From: Paragordius varius
Lineage: Eukaryota > Animalia > Nematomorpha
Length of the DNA: 64,000 nt
Reading direction: 5' to 3'
Assembly (NCBI GenBank): GCA_964247055.1
Contig: OZ176050.1
Span: 4,464,001 to 4,528,000 of the forward strand
The notes below the pieces were generated by a model. The model saw nothing but the letters and a program-made list of their open reading frames with translations. It had not been told where the DNA came from and ran no database searches. Position numbers and translations under genes: made by a program. Positions 13,001-26,034 of this stretch are shown one piece after another. Each line of letters opens with the position of its first letter. Position 1 is the stretch's first letter.

Positions 13001-16000
13001 GTTTTCAATGACAGCGGTAGTAGTGCCGTCTGAACCAAGTAATTGTTGCAATTGTTCAAATGTGATTTCGATATACCCATCTAATATATTTTCATATACA
13101 TAGATAAATCACAAAATAATAATTATCTTATCTATAAAGTTTGAATCCAAGAAATTTATTCCAAAATTAAATTCATAAACTTTCTATTCCTAAAATAAAA
13201 AAGTCATGCGGATATCTATATAAAACGGAAATAAAATTTATATTTTTTATATGTAAGAAATGTGCAATTTATAAAAAAGAGAAAACACATAATACCTGGG
13301 ATTTCGGTTCCTTTAGGAATTTGCAAAACAGTACCATCTCCACTTGATGAAAGGGCGAACGTATAATCTTCTTGATTTATAACTTGGCTTCCATCACCTT
13401 ACGATAAAATTAGAAAATGGTATATAAGAGAGACTGCATAAAATTTACAAAATATTATTTTAAAACAGCATGAAAAACTACCAATTAAGATAGAGAACAT
13501 TTTCTGTTATCCTCAAATTTCATCCTAATTCACCATTAATTTCATATTCGCCGTCACCAGTTATTTAATTCTTGAATATTTAATTCAACTTTAAACATTT
13601 CGAACCTAGAACATTACATATTCACCCTAAAAATGAATTATGTGTTTCGGGGCCAAAAAACTCATAATTGATAAAAAATTATATCTTTTTTGCATAAATC
13701 CATTAATATGTATTATTTTTTCAAATTAAAAATATAAATTTTTTTATTCCAGAGGCCTTTTAAAATTCAGATATTTGAATTAAAACTTGGCAAAAACAAC
13801 AAATTAGTATATAATTTAATTTTGGAAAATATTTTGCCTAAATAACAACCAAGTAGTGTGATAAAACACATAAAAATAATAATAGTTTATTTTGGTCAGA
13901 AACACTAATATATTGGGGTTTAAAATGGTTCGAGGGTGACATTGAAACGTTAAGGGTTAAAAAATGTTCAAGGGTAAATTTGAGGTGCAAATAAAATATA
14001 TGATGACATTATAAAACCAACAAAATCCCAGTGCTATATCCCCACAGTGTGGCTGGATAACCTTTAGTAAATTAGCAGCAGATGTCAGTATATATATACT
14101 ACAAAAAACATCTATTCTGCAAGATGTTTTCTTACATAGGCATGTGAAAATATTCGCCACCACAACATATATACTATGTATTCGAAAGAGAACTAAACTT
14201 AAATTAAAATCTAATTGCCGCACAACTAATAGCTTTGCATGTTCCTTTGTAAAAATTGGCAATTTTTTCTACCTGAAGTCTCATTATCAATGTTGAATGA
14301 GTTGGTAGGATTGTTTTGTTGATCTGTATTTACATTCATGGATTCAGATTCGTTACCTATGCTATTAACTGTTGGATTTATATCAGTTTCTGCATTCAGT
14401 ATCGTAATATTTCCATCTGGATTGGTCGTAAACGTGGCTCCACTGTTTTGAAGTGCTATTAATAGATCCTCTGAGCTAATTTCTATGACAAAAAGGGTAG
14501 AATTATCGATATATAAAAATGACTGAGAAAAATTTGGAAATATTTAAATTTAGATATGTAAATACCATTGTTTTGTCCATCGGCCCCTTCTATGACATAT
14601 ATAACATTGTTTGAATTATCCACATTTTCAGCGCTTAATTGATCAGTAGATAGATTTTGATGAGGATCATTTATTAAGACACCATCAGTTGTGTTATACA
14701 TAATATTATTATTGATATTATCTAAGATGGCAGTATTGGAACTAGTAATCATATTGGATGGATTGTTTTCACTGTTGAAGACCTCGTTTGTCATGTTGTT
14801 TGTGTTATTGGGGACAATAGAGGACATATCTAAATTTGTTGTTGGTCCTTGATATTTTTGTAACAAGGTGGTTGTAGCATCCCATGTATCAACATATTCT
14901 TTAAAGACCTAGACATCAATTTTAAAAAAAACATTTAAAAACAGCTTATTAGCAAATATTAGAAAAGATTTTTAAGATTTATGATAATTGTATGTGTCAA
15001 TTCAGTTAAAGATAACCCATTTAAAAAGAATAAAATGACTTTTATTTATGGATTACATTTTCGCAAAATATTCATATTAAACATTTTTTTAATAATAGCT
15101 TATTTCAACATCTGTTATTTTACAACTATAAAGTTTGCTAAATATATATATTATATAACTTTAAAATTAAATATAATTTATCCGTAGAGAAAACGTACAG
15201 AGTACTTCCATGCTTGATTGAATAAACATGTTTCCAACAATTCAGTTGCAGAAATATCCGTTTGAGATTCCCGTAATGATTTAACCTAAAGGGTTTATAT
15301 ATTTACAATATAATAAATAACAAAATAAATATATACCAATTCCCCCCAAAAAGCATCAAAATAATTATAGATTAATTTGTTTTTTATAACATAATCTACT
15401 ATATCGCAACAAATTATTTTTGTAAAAAAAGTATTTTTTAAGCTAATGCGGTATTACTTGTTTAACACTTTCGTCATACAAGTGAAATCGTGCATGGTAG
15501 AGGCGATGATATAATTGTACCATTTCGACGCAACCCAAACAAAGATATACATCAATGTTTTGCTAAAATATCGAAATATATAATCGAAATTTATATAGGT
15601 AAGGCAAAAAACAGGTTTGTTATTCGTTTTGTTAGTATAAAATCTTAATTTTATTAGGATAATTTTTGAAATAAAAAATGTAAGCTTTAAAATCATAATC
15701 GATTAATGATATTAAAACTAAAAAAATGGGAAGGTTATAAACTAAATAAACACCAATTTCTTTAATATACCAAATTTTCATCCGATATTTTTAGCGTATC
15801 ATATTCATAGGATTGTCCGGTAAATGAGACTTTATAAATAGGATCTGTGGTACCACATATCTGATATACAATAAAAAAATTACTCCTCTCCTTTTCAAAT
15901 GTTAATGTATTAAATTATATTTTAAAGAATATATTTTTTATAATGTATTGTAACATATATTTTTATTAATTACGAATATTTGGGTAATAAAAGTTTAACG

Positions 16001-19000
16001 TAATAATTTTTTAATATAATTGCCATAAGTAATATTTAAAAATTTATGTTTGGCTAAATTTAGGTCACAAATAAATAAACAAGTTTCAAAAAAAAATTCA
16101 ACCAATTTTTTAAAAAAATATTTTTATTTTATTTCATAAACACATATTATATAGTAATATATTTTTTAAAAACCAATTTACATGGAGAAGATGGAATTAC
16201 AGTATTAATATATTTTAACTTACAAAATTAAATTTGCATGAAAAATGTTTCCCCTAAACACCTCAAACATATAATAATTTTGATAGAAGAGCATCGTGAA
16301 AATCAACTCAAATTCATCAACTTAAATGATAAAAATAAGGCTGAAAATACAATATTACAAGCTGTTTTACATTAAAAATAGTAAGTTTAAACAAAAAATA
16401 GGAAAAAAAGTAAATAATTTTTTTTCATTACCAAACAAGAATGAGTATGAGATGCTGTCATGATGGATGCTAATTGGGCCAACACCAAATCACTGTATTT
16501 CTTGATTAAATCCTATGTAAAATTTTACAAAAAATAAATTACAAAAAAAACAAAATATATAGATGAGTTAGATAATAGGTAAAATGTTTAATAAATATCA
16601 TGTTATTTGGATTTAAAGCTTTTAACAATACAAATATATTAATAATCAAAATTCAAAATATTTTTCGCAAAAATGAAAAAAAGTGTTAATCGTGCGTAAA
16701 AAAAATCGTTGACCTTAAAATCAGAAGAAAATTTGCTTTGAAATTCGGGTAAGGATTCAAGGCTGTTGATAAATGATTGATTAAACTCTTCCAAATTTGT
16801 GTAAGGTTTAACAAAGTATTCATCTAGTATAAACACCGTTGTATATTATATATAAATCTAAACAAAAGGCAAGCGTTATACAAAAAGAACATGCTTAATA
16901 TAAATATTTAATTTCCATTTTGCTTTTGCCACATAAATTATTTTTTAAATAATCTATTTGTATGTTAAAAACATATGAATATGCTTTAAATATGTTTATT
17001 TTTTAACTTTATATATTTAATTATATGCTTATTGAGAATGCGTTTATATCTGAATAATGTTTTTTGTGTTGATTTAATATTTTCATAGTAATAAAAATAT
17101 TTCATATCATTATGTCGTTCATCAACAAAAAATTTGATATTATTCTCAAAACATTCATATGACAATGTTTTCAATTTTTTTAGCCAATTATCCAAAAGAT
17201 AATTTGGTCAAGATATTATATAAAACATCGGCTTCTAAAAAATATAAAAAGATCTCCCAATTTCAAAAATTTATATTAAAACGATTTAAAACATTAAAAT
17301 ACCATTTTCTTTGAGCACCATTTCCAGAAATCCTGAATGAATGGCCGAACTTAAACTAAGTTGCAGATAAACGTCAGCGCATTCATTAAGAATGGGATAT
17401 TTTGCAAATAGTAAACTAACGGCATTTTCATCTAAAGTTTTAAACAAGCAAAAAAATTATTATTTTGCAGTACGCAGCTTAAAATATTGGTTTATAAATT
17501 ACAATAATATTTAATAAAAAAAATTGAATTTGACATAAATCCTTTAAATTTTTTATATATATCCATTATTATAAAATGCTGATAGTATCACTTAAATTTT
17601 TATTATAAAAATTTCAAAACAAACCTTCGCTTATACCCTTTATATCATTTAAAGTTTACTTTTTTTTTCTTAACCAGAACACACAAAATTAATTGTAAAA
17701 AACATTTTTTATAAATTTTCAAATTTTCTTGCTATAACGACCACTTCTTACCCTCTAAAACACAAATCTTTTTAGAGTTTAAAACAAAAAATTATTTTGC
17801 TTTTTCAAACACATGTCATACTCAAGATACCATTTGGATCTATAGTCTCCCCATTAGAGACATTTGAAACATTAAGACCAGTCTTGTATTGATTTGTATC
17901 ACTTTTGTCGTACTGATCACGGCCTGTTGAACTAACTATATTATTGGTGTTATTATTAGCCAATGGCGTAGTTGAAGGCACATTATCCAATGATAAAATT
18001 TCGGTGACACCAATAAGTTCAATGGTTCGACACACTTGTAACAAGATTTGGACAGCCACGGGTTTATAATTCTTTCGAGTTGTATTAGACCATCCACTAA
18101 ACTAAAATATAAAGTATATATTGTAAACATCAAAAGTAAAAAAAGCCTATATACATTGAATAATAAATAGTGTTTTTGCTATTTTTATTATATTTTAAGA
18201 AATTTTTTATGTGTGATAATAAAAACCGATGTAGCTGTGTCTACTATTAAAATAAATGTTGAGTTATGATATCTCTCTAATAAATATTATAACCTCATTG
18301 ATTTATAAACAAGATATGAAAAATGTCTCAATAAAATTTAGCATAAAATTGAATTTAAAATAAAATAAAATTTCAACGCTTTTATTCTTTTTTTTAAATG
18401 GTTAGGTATCGCATGCATATTTTATGGCGGCAAAAAAACTGATAATTAGACAATATGACTTCGTAAACACTTTTTTGTGATATTTTAACCGTAAAATCCT
18501 TCCAAAAATATTATTCATGGGTTTTGCTAATTTAACAAACAATATATTTGAATGGAGGGAATTTTGTAAAAGCCTGTCTTCAATATTTTTAATTAATGGC
18601 AGATTAATTAGGGCAGAACCTGGAATAACTATTGTAGGCAAACAAAATAAAATTGTCGCAATTTCACGGTCAAACATAGTGTTTAAATAGTATAATGTGT
18701 TTAAACTCGCTTGCTGATAATGATAGTCATACAATTAATGATTTTGTTGAAATATCTATTAGGGGTGCTTATTAATGTGATGGGTAATATTTGTTTAAAT
18801 TAGGCCATTCTTATTATTGTTAATGTATGTAGAGGATGTCTTAGACTCCTAGGTAGGAGAATTAGAATTTGCATAGGAAAATTGGAAGGTTATTGTTGTT
18901 GTTTAACAATACATTTTGATGGTACACCATCGTAAACTATCTAGCTTTTTATGAAATAATTCTTTATCGATACAATCTTGTTTTAGTTTTATTTGTTAGT

Positions 19001-20328
19001 CCAGATCAATTAAACGAGGACGACCGGGTTTATTGTTTCCAGGGATGATGTCAAAAGAGGTTCTGATCGGATTATCAGGATTTATACGGTGTTGACCGTA
19101 TCTCATTCTTTTTAATTGGATGAATTTGTCTATTGACTCCATTTGTATGTGATTGGGAGATCTTGGGAATTTAGCTGCGTTGACATCAGGCGTAATAAGT
19201 GATTTTTCGCGCTGATGAAAGGTTTCTCTTGAGTTTGTTATTGCCATGGTTTCTGTGGCATATGTCAAAACTGGTCTTATATTCTTTTAATAAATTAAGC
19301 CTTTTGTTTTAAATGATATGTGCTTTGGTTTTAGTATGTATTTTAGCTGATGATATTTTCCCCAGTATTCTGGCATTTAATTGCGCTAGTGTTTGAGGAG
19401 TCTGATGTTATTTTGTCACCAAGATAGGTAAACTCGTTTACAACTTCAAAGCTTGGTATTAAGGGCAAGGTGCTTAATTGGTAGGGCCGTTGAATGAATG
19501 ATGCATGAGTCGCATTTGACGTTGACTATGACCCCTCATAAAAATAATAAGTCCATCCATTATGGTATAATTATCTTTTGAAACTATTAAAAACAGTTAT
19601 AAACGGTTATTTTGTTAAATTTCAACAATATTCTATATTTGTCGCAATGATGATTGCTTATGGTCATGCGAGACAAGCGGTAGACCATTTGTTATTTTTG
19701 AACCGGTCCATTATCGTAAATTATTATACAAAAAAATGTGCAACAATTATTTTATTCTCAAAAATATAAATTACCACAAGAGTTTTCCGAAAAGCTTTCT
19801 GAGTCCCTTCATTCAGTGTTATAGGTTCATATTTTTGAAGCAAACAAGGGCCATCAACTCGCCAAATCGGACATTCGGGAAAAGAAACAATGTCATGTTT
19901 TGCAATTAAGAACGCACCTTTCTATTTAAATCAATTAAAATATTATTACTCTAAATGCATGCCGTTCGTCATTGTTATATCGTCGTTTGGATTGATTATA
20001 AGGGTCTAAATTGGGATCTTCACTAAAATATAAATATTTAAAAAAACATGTAATATGGTTTTGTTCGTGAAAAGCCAGTTGTGGATGAAACTTTATATTT
20101 TTTACTACTATGTCTAGAATCTGGAGAATCAGATTGTCTGTTGGTATCAAACTCTTGAAAGCGGCGATCCTAAAAATAAATATTTATAAACTCGAGGATT
20201 CCAACCGGGATCGTTATCAGAATCATATTCTATGTTTGGATCATTTCTGCTTTGGGATTTTATAGCTAAAATTTATATTATTTTTTACATGATTTAGGTG
20301 GTCTACCTCTTCGTTTTTTAGATTCCAT
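10076..20328 (-). CDS. AT-hook + QSER1/PRR12-family (DUF4211-like) nuclear protein, 18 coding exons, ~872 aa
   Basis: Manual splice model, all GT-AG and phase-consistent, total 2619 nt: 20328-20289, 20265-20192, 20169-20048, 20022-19950, 19921-19775, 18101-17831 (alternative donor 17822), 17431-17303, 16823-16714, 16512-16432, 15860-15771, 15562-15458, 15285-15199, 14908-14566, 14482-14273, 13397-13296, 13080-12864, 12025-11683, 10150-10076. Protein motifs: MESKKRRGRPPK (AT-hook); GAFLIAKHD..PIWRVDGPCLLQKYEP..FSGWS; VYLQLSLSSAIHSGFLEMVLKENDEYF; C-x2-C..VSFTGQSYEYDTLK; LCLGCVEMVQLYHRLYH. These resemble, from memory, the conserved C-terminal region of invertebrate QSER1/PRR12-like proteins. The last exon is tentative. 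Confidence 0.75.
10713..11287 (-). mobile_element. Non-autonomous Helitron-like element (family C), full-length copy
   Basis: On the minus strand it begins A|TCTATATAT at 11287 and ends ...CTAG|T at 10713 (AT target, no TSD). Perfect hairpin GAAGTCC-GAA-GGACTTC at 10747-10763. Body homologous to 3440-3850, 4182-4650 and 27498-28172. Confidence 0.75.
12131..12406. mobile_element. Family D palindromic MITE with short internal subrepeats
   Basis: TATACCATTTACA ... TGTAAATGGTATA termini, with repeated (aattcaccct-aaaata) subunits. Relatives at ~31995-32262, ~6575-6720, ~13580-13680 and ~3900-3960. Confidence 0.65.
18990..19460 (-). mobile_element. Decayed non-LTR retrotransposon (RTE-like LINE) 3' fragment inside gene 1 intron 5
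   Basis: Frameshifted peptides FEVVNEFTYLGDKITSD (RT thumb, F.YLG), IRPVLTYATET and RMRYGQH..NKPGRPRL match the typical C-terminal motif order of RTE-clade ORF2. Confidence 0.7.
19922..19949 (-). other. 28-nt GT-AG micro-intron (gene 1, intron 4, phase 0)
   Basis: gtaataatattttaattgatttaaatag. The unspliced frame reads GTA ATA ATA TTT TAA; removal joins ..ERHAFR to the conserved KGAFLIAKHD..IWRVDG block. Confidence 0.75.
20023..20047 (-). other. 25-nt GT-AG micro-intron (gene 1, intron 3, phase 2)
   Basis: gtttttttaaatatttatattttag. The unspliced frame reads ATG TTT TTT TAA; removal gives ..KPYYIEDPNLDPYN.. Confidence 0.65.
20170..20191 (-). other. 22-nt GT-AG micro-intron (gene 1, intron 2, phase 0)
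   Basis: gtttataaatatttatttttag. The unspliced frame reaches TGA; the spliced frame stays open (DRRFQEFDTNRQSDSPDS...). Confidence 0.65.
20266..20288 (-). other. 23-nt GT-AG micro-intron (gene 1, intron 1, phase 1)
   Basis: gtaaaaaataatataaattttag. The unspliced frame stops at once (TCA TGT AAA AAA TAA); removal joins MESKKRRGRPPKS to SIKSQSRNDPNIEYDSDNDPGWNPR. Confidence 0.7.
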
Positions 20329-23300
20329 TGTTTGTTAAATGGTATAGTTTGTTAAAATTAGTTATATTTATTATATTAAGGAATTGGCTTATAATTTTTT
20401 AAAATAATGTTTTAGTTAACAATTTCGGTATTTTATTGATAATTTTAATATTTTTTATTATTTCTACAATCGTCGTGGACTTTTTTTATAATTTTATTGT
20501 AAAAAGCGTGTTTAGCTATAACTCCACAAAATGTGTAGACCCAATAATATTTTAAAATTTAATTCGAAATAAACTTTTATTGTTTATTCTGCAGCATTTA
20601 TAAATAGAGGAAATATATTTATAACACAGTGTCCACAAAAAAATATTCTGATATATCAGGATTATCATGGTGGTTTTGGTTTTAGACATTCGAAATTTAC
20701 TTTTGTGTTAAGTGCTCTAAGCAGAAAAGGACAAACGCAAATTTATAATAAAATTTTTTGGTTTCTGTTAAATGCTTTATAAAATATCTCTATTATACAA
20801 ACTACACATACATAGTGTACAAAATCGGGGGTCGTGAAAAAACATCTTGATGAAATAATTATATTTGATAAAAAAATGTATCAGTCTGATGATGCTTAAG
20901 GTTTTGGCGTGGTAAGCGATCCATTTTAGGAAATGGCAATAAAATATTTTCGGAATAAGTTTTATGGTGAAAGCTAAATGCTTCATTTCAAAAATAATCA
21001 CTTTATATGCCTAAAAAATGTACAAATTTTTTAAAAATAATAAATTTTTTAATGTGGGTTATGAAAGTCCCAATTTTTTCGCTTTTTTAAAATGGGCTAG
21101 TTTTCTTAAATGCGAAAATGCAGAGCTAACGCATTAATAGAATTAAATTATGATTAAAATTGATATTAAAAAATTAAAAAATACATACCTTTTTGCATAA
21201 TTTTGTTCAAAAGTAATTAATACTATTTTGAGGCATTATGGTAACGGTATAAACACTTTTTCTATGAAATTCGATAATGCTGTACTTTATTACGTCAAAA
21301 TTTTAAAAAGCTTTGTTTGCTATAAAACATTGGTGAATTGGTGTAAAAAAGACAATTTGATTTTACATAATCTTGATGATAAACAATATTTTTATCCTGA
21401 GTCGATAAAAATGTTTTATTTAATAATTATTAATAAAGTGTTTAAGCTAACGATTTAAATTACGGTATCTAAATACCCCACAATATTTTTTTCATTTTTG
21501 AAAAACTTCTGAAAGAAACGGTCCCAATTTCTAATATAAATTATATAAATAAACTTTATCTAAATAAAATTTAGTTTTGAAGAAAAAGTTCCGTCCTAAA
21601 CTATTTGGACGCCATTTTTATTTTACAACCATTTTCAAATATTTAGGGCTAAAATTAAAACTATTTTTTATTTAAATCACATCTAACATTGGTAGAAACA
21701 GAAAAAGTGCTTTATTTTGTATTTAAATTTAGCTAATGCACACATGTCATATTGAATATATTTATACTTGAGGTTTTACCTTAAAATAAGTTATCAAGTA
21801 TTATAAACATTTTTATATATTTAGGTTTATTAATGTATAAGTGCTACTTAATGCCATGGTTTCAACTCATTCTTATTTTTTAAAATATTTATTTTAAACA
21901 GGCTTGCGGTTTTCAATTATCCCAATTCGAATCGAAGGACTGAAATGAATGTCTTGTATCCAAAAGTTAAAGCACTGCATACAATTTCATAAAATTATTT
22001 TTTAAAAAAATTTGTTAAACCTTACTTCATATTTAACACTCCATAACTTAAGGGTATTGTTATATCTTAAAGCGATATGATATCTGAATATTTTAAAAAA
22101 TATTTAAGGCATAATCGGATATTTAAAGAATGCTGTCTTTAACTTATCTCAACTTTTTCGCCGCCAATTTTTTCTCAATTTTCGATCGCTAATGAAGCAG
22201 GCAAATAATATCATGGTAGTTCTCATGTATTATAATTGAGAACTATGCTCGATTTAAATTTTAATAACATCCACACATTCATTTCAGTTCGATTTAAATT
22301 TGGGTAGTTAGATGCCCCAGGCCTATTCTATATTAAATATTTTAAAAAATATGGATTAAATTGAATGGCAAAGGTTTGCTTTTATAAACATTATAGAACC
22401 ATAATATAAAAAAAATCACTCAAAGATATTACTTATTCAGAGGCTATACCCAATAAGGTGCATAAACTAAATATAAAAATAATGCAAAATATACCACTTT
22501 TTTATACCAATGTTAAATGTTATTTTAATAAAAAAGTATACTAATTTTTAGGCTTAACGATTTGCAAAAATGTTGCAAAATATAATGGCATCCAAGTAGT
22601 TTTATACGGATTTTTTCCAAAATCAAATTTTGTTTAGATATTTTGGCTTATTTATATAATTTTTATTAGGATAGAAGAATTTTAAATTGGATCCGTTTAA
22701 GTAGTTCTTTAAAAATATCAACTTAAATATTGTATGTGGTATTTAGGTATCCCAATTTAAATCGAAGTTTTAAAATAACTTTCAAAGTAGTAGTTTATTC
22801 ACACAATTTAGCTGAAGGAAACTAACCCAATATGTCAACTGGGATAAAAAAGTGAAAAGATCATGAAGTGTTAAGGCATGAAAAGAAATGGTTTAGATTT
22901 ATATTTATGCTTCTATCTTATTAAATATAAATAATCCCAAAGAAATAAAATATAGTTTTGAAAAAAAGTTCCATATCAAAATACCACGCCATTTTTGTAA
23001 CACTTCGTGACCTTTTTTGTCCTTATTGTTTTAAAGTTATTTTAGAATAAATTCAATTATTAAGCATTGTTATCATTTATTAGATGAAATCTAAAATTAG
23101 CACACCAAAAACACGATAAAAACTAAAAGCTGATACTAATAAAATTGTATCAAATTTGTGCAAAACGTAGACTGATTTTTAAATTATTTACATTTATCAT
23201 AATATACATTTGTTCGCCTAAATGTAAGATTTAAGAAAAAATATCCAAAAAATGGCGGCGAAATTGAGATGAGGATCTGATTACAATTTTACATTTTTTT

Positions 23301-25104
23301 AAATAAAATTGTATAATGCGCCTAAACGCAGAAGAAAGCATATTTGTTAGGCTTAATACCTTAAATACTTTTGAAATATTCAATAAAATCGCTCTGGGTA
23401 GAAAATTACCTCAAAAGGTGATGGATTGTTAAGAAAATTATGCAAAATATGTTTTTTATATTATTCTAATTCAAAAACAAAGCTAATATTTTATTTAAGA
23501 TATCTAACATGCATACAAGTAATTTGCATTATTTTTATATTTTGTTAATGCACACATTTCGGGTGCGGTGATAAAAAATTTTTTTCTGTTTTCAAGTTAT
23601 GGCTTCCTTTCATGTAATATAAAATTTACATTAGACGACTTAAGTCAAGAGAAAACTTGATTAAGAGGTGATTAAAAATCCTATGATCAAGTAAAACTTG
23701 AAGATTTGGCATTTGGTGTAGACGCTGGATAGATTTAAAAATATGGATGAAATTATTTTGAAAACTATTTGTATATAATTTAGGTTTTATGTGTAATTAA
23801 ACTCTTTGTTAATGCTATATACTGTGTATCATAATTTTTGGCTAATTAACCTATTAAATGGATGGATACAAAAGAGGATAAATTTTTTAAAAACACTTTG
23901 CTAATGTTACAAACAATTTATATAATAATATGCTAAATTTATTATTTCCATGAACCCGCACAAAAATTTTCACGGTTTTACATATAATAATAAATGCTAC
24001 AGGATACAGAATTAAAACATGTAAAATTATTTCATAAATTTATTTCAAATGTAATGCTGATAATCAATTAGAAATAATAATATGTTATATTTATGAAACA
24101 TCTTCCTATCATATTTCCAAATGGACTTATAACAATTGATTATCGTAGTAAATAGAGAATAAGGATTAATGGTTTCATTAAATTAAAAAATGAGTACCGG
24201 GCTTAATATTTGGAATTTCTATTTTAAATAGATACGTGCCATTGAGGTTGAAAATCTATAAAGGTATATTTTATTGATTGATTATCTTTTTGGGCCATTT
24301 AAAAATTGTGGCTGAAAATCAAAATAATTTCTGTAAAATTCGAATAGGGTGGCCAAAAATGTTAGTTTCATAAGCAGGAGACACTTAAGTGTATTTTATC
24401 ACCGATTTTGTGTACATTTGCTGTATTAAAATGCTCAACTTGCCACATTTGACTTTACAAGTAGTTGAGGAAATAGGTCCGACCAGTTTCGGTACATCAA
24501 TGTTATAATGGTGTAAAATTTTGCAATTGTATCAATTCGTTTCATATTTTTAAAAATATTTGACTTTAAACAAGGCTGGTAACCCTAAAGACCGATTTTA
24601 GAGGACTAAAACAAATGTCTTGTATCCAAGTGTTAATGTATCTTAAAAAATATTTTTAGCATTGGGCCAAATTTAGTTTTACCTTTTATGCACATGATGC
24701 ATTTATTTAAAAAAAATTGTATATAATCCACATCCGCTTATATTTAACACTTCATAATTTTTTGGGTAGTTTTATATCCCAGAACCATTAAATTCAACTC
24801 TTAAAAAGTATTTAGGGTATTTGGCCGAAAAAATGTTTGTTAACATTTTTATTGCACAATACAGAGAAAAAATTAAGAATGTAAAATAATGAATAATACT
24901 CATCTCAAACTTTCCACCTTCATTTCATTTTTTTAAATTATTAATCGCTAATATAATAGGCAAATAAATCTATTTGGTTTGGAAATGTCTTAGTTAAAAT
25001 AAGCTTTAAGGCTTGATTTTAATACCGATGTTAGTTTATTCATGTTTTGGGTATCTAAATTTTATTATATAGGATTTACAAAACCGAAAAATATAAAAAC
25101 GCTT

Positions 25105-25635
25105 CGATTCAAATTGCGGTATCTAAACACCCCAGACTAAATTAGAGTTAGGATTTTGAACTACTGAAGGAAGCGGTCCCAATTTAAATTTATGCTTCCT
25201 AATAAAAATTTAATAAATATGCCAAAATATCTAAATAAAATTTTGTTTTAAAAAAAAGTTTTATGTCATACTTTTTCGATGCTATTTTTATGTTACAAAA
25301 TTTTTGCAAAATATCGGCTTTTAAATTTTAAGGGTAAAATTAAATCTAATTTTTTATTTAAATTATCTCTACTATTGATAGAAATAGAAAAAGCGGTTTT
25401 TGTATTATTTTTCAATTTTACCTTTGAACACATGTCACGTTGACTAAATTAATAAGTAATATCAAGTATTTTTGAATTAAACTTTTAATATACTTCGGTT
25501 TTGTTATATATGTGCAAAATTGTCATGTTTATGATTCCTTCCATAATTTTTAAGGAATTTAATTTTAAAGCGGGTATCCAACTACTTCAATTTTATTCAA
25601 AGAACTGAAAGGAATGTGTTTTATCCAAGTGTTAA
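25105..25635 (+). mobile_element. Family B copy ~400 bp upstream of UBE2M
   Basis: cttcgattcaaattgcggtatct ... tatccaagtgttaa, with internal blocks as in the other copies. Confidence 0.7.
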
Positions 25636-26034
25636 TTAAAATAACTTTAAAAACTGAAATTTTCGAATAGATTAAGTACTGAAATAAACTACCCCATATC
25701 ATCTATGATAAAAGGGAAAAGGTCATGAGTTGTTAATTACATATCATAAATACACGATACAAATAATTATATTATGGTGAAAACTCATAAACATTAAATG
25801 CTTTAAAATAATTTACCAGCAAATGTATGATAATTTTTTTATTGTAATAACCATTCGTTTTGATTGTCTATTCATTTATTTATATATTAATTTGTATATA
25901 TTTATTTTTATTATATGGTTGTATTATTTAGCATTGCAATTTATCCAATGAAATTAAAAAATTTTCCCATAAATGTACTAAAACTGTCATTTATAATATT
26001 GCAGCTGTTAATTTTTTTAATAGTTATACAACCT

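Noticed and set aside
13500-13580. Exon-like GC bump (ggtgacggcgaatatgaa) in a gene 1 intron
   Set aside because: In-frame stops from the available acceptor; no usable donor.
13930-14260. Small hairpins in a gene 1 intron suggesting an H/ACA RNA or snRNA
   Set aside because: No convincing H and ACA boxes, Sm site or match to known snRNA sequence.
16986-17260. 69-aa ORF as a possible extra exon of gene 1
   Set aside because: No phase-compatible acceptor, and the KEN|DEYF motif is continuous without it.
18402-18734. 110-aa minus-strand ORF inside gene 1 intron 5
   Set aside because: No recognisable motif; gene 1 splices cleanly without it. At most decayed retroelement sequence.
19935-20150. 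ORF-track frame MIPTDNLILQILDIVVK... reading through the 25-nt segment
   Set aside because: Its first half is an alternative frame with implausible composition and a non-ATG start. It is kept as the main alternative to the micro-intron model, not as a feature.
26007-26023. Possible 17-nt gt..ag micro-intron in the UBE2M 5' region
   Set aside because: Non-coding, so no reading-frame evidence; such strings are common in AT-rich DNA.
25915-26034. 40-aa hydrophobic N-terminal extension of UBE2M in the ORF track
   Set aside because: AT-rich read-through. Ubc12 proteins begin at MIKLF, and starting at 26035 gives the expected 183 aa.
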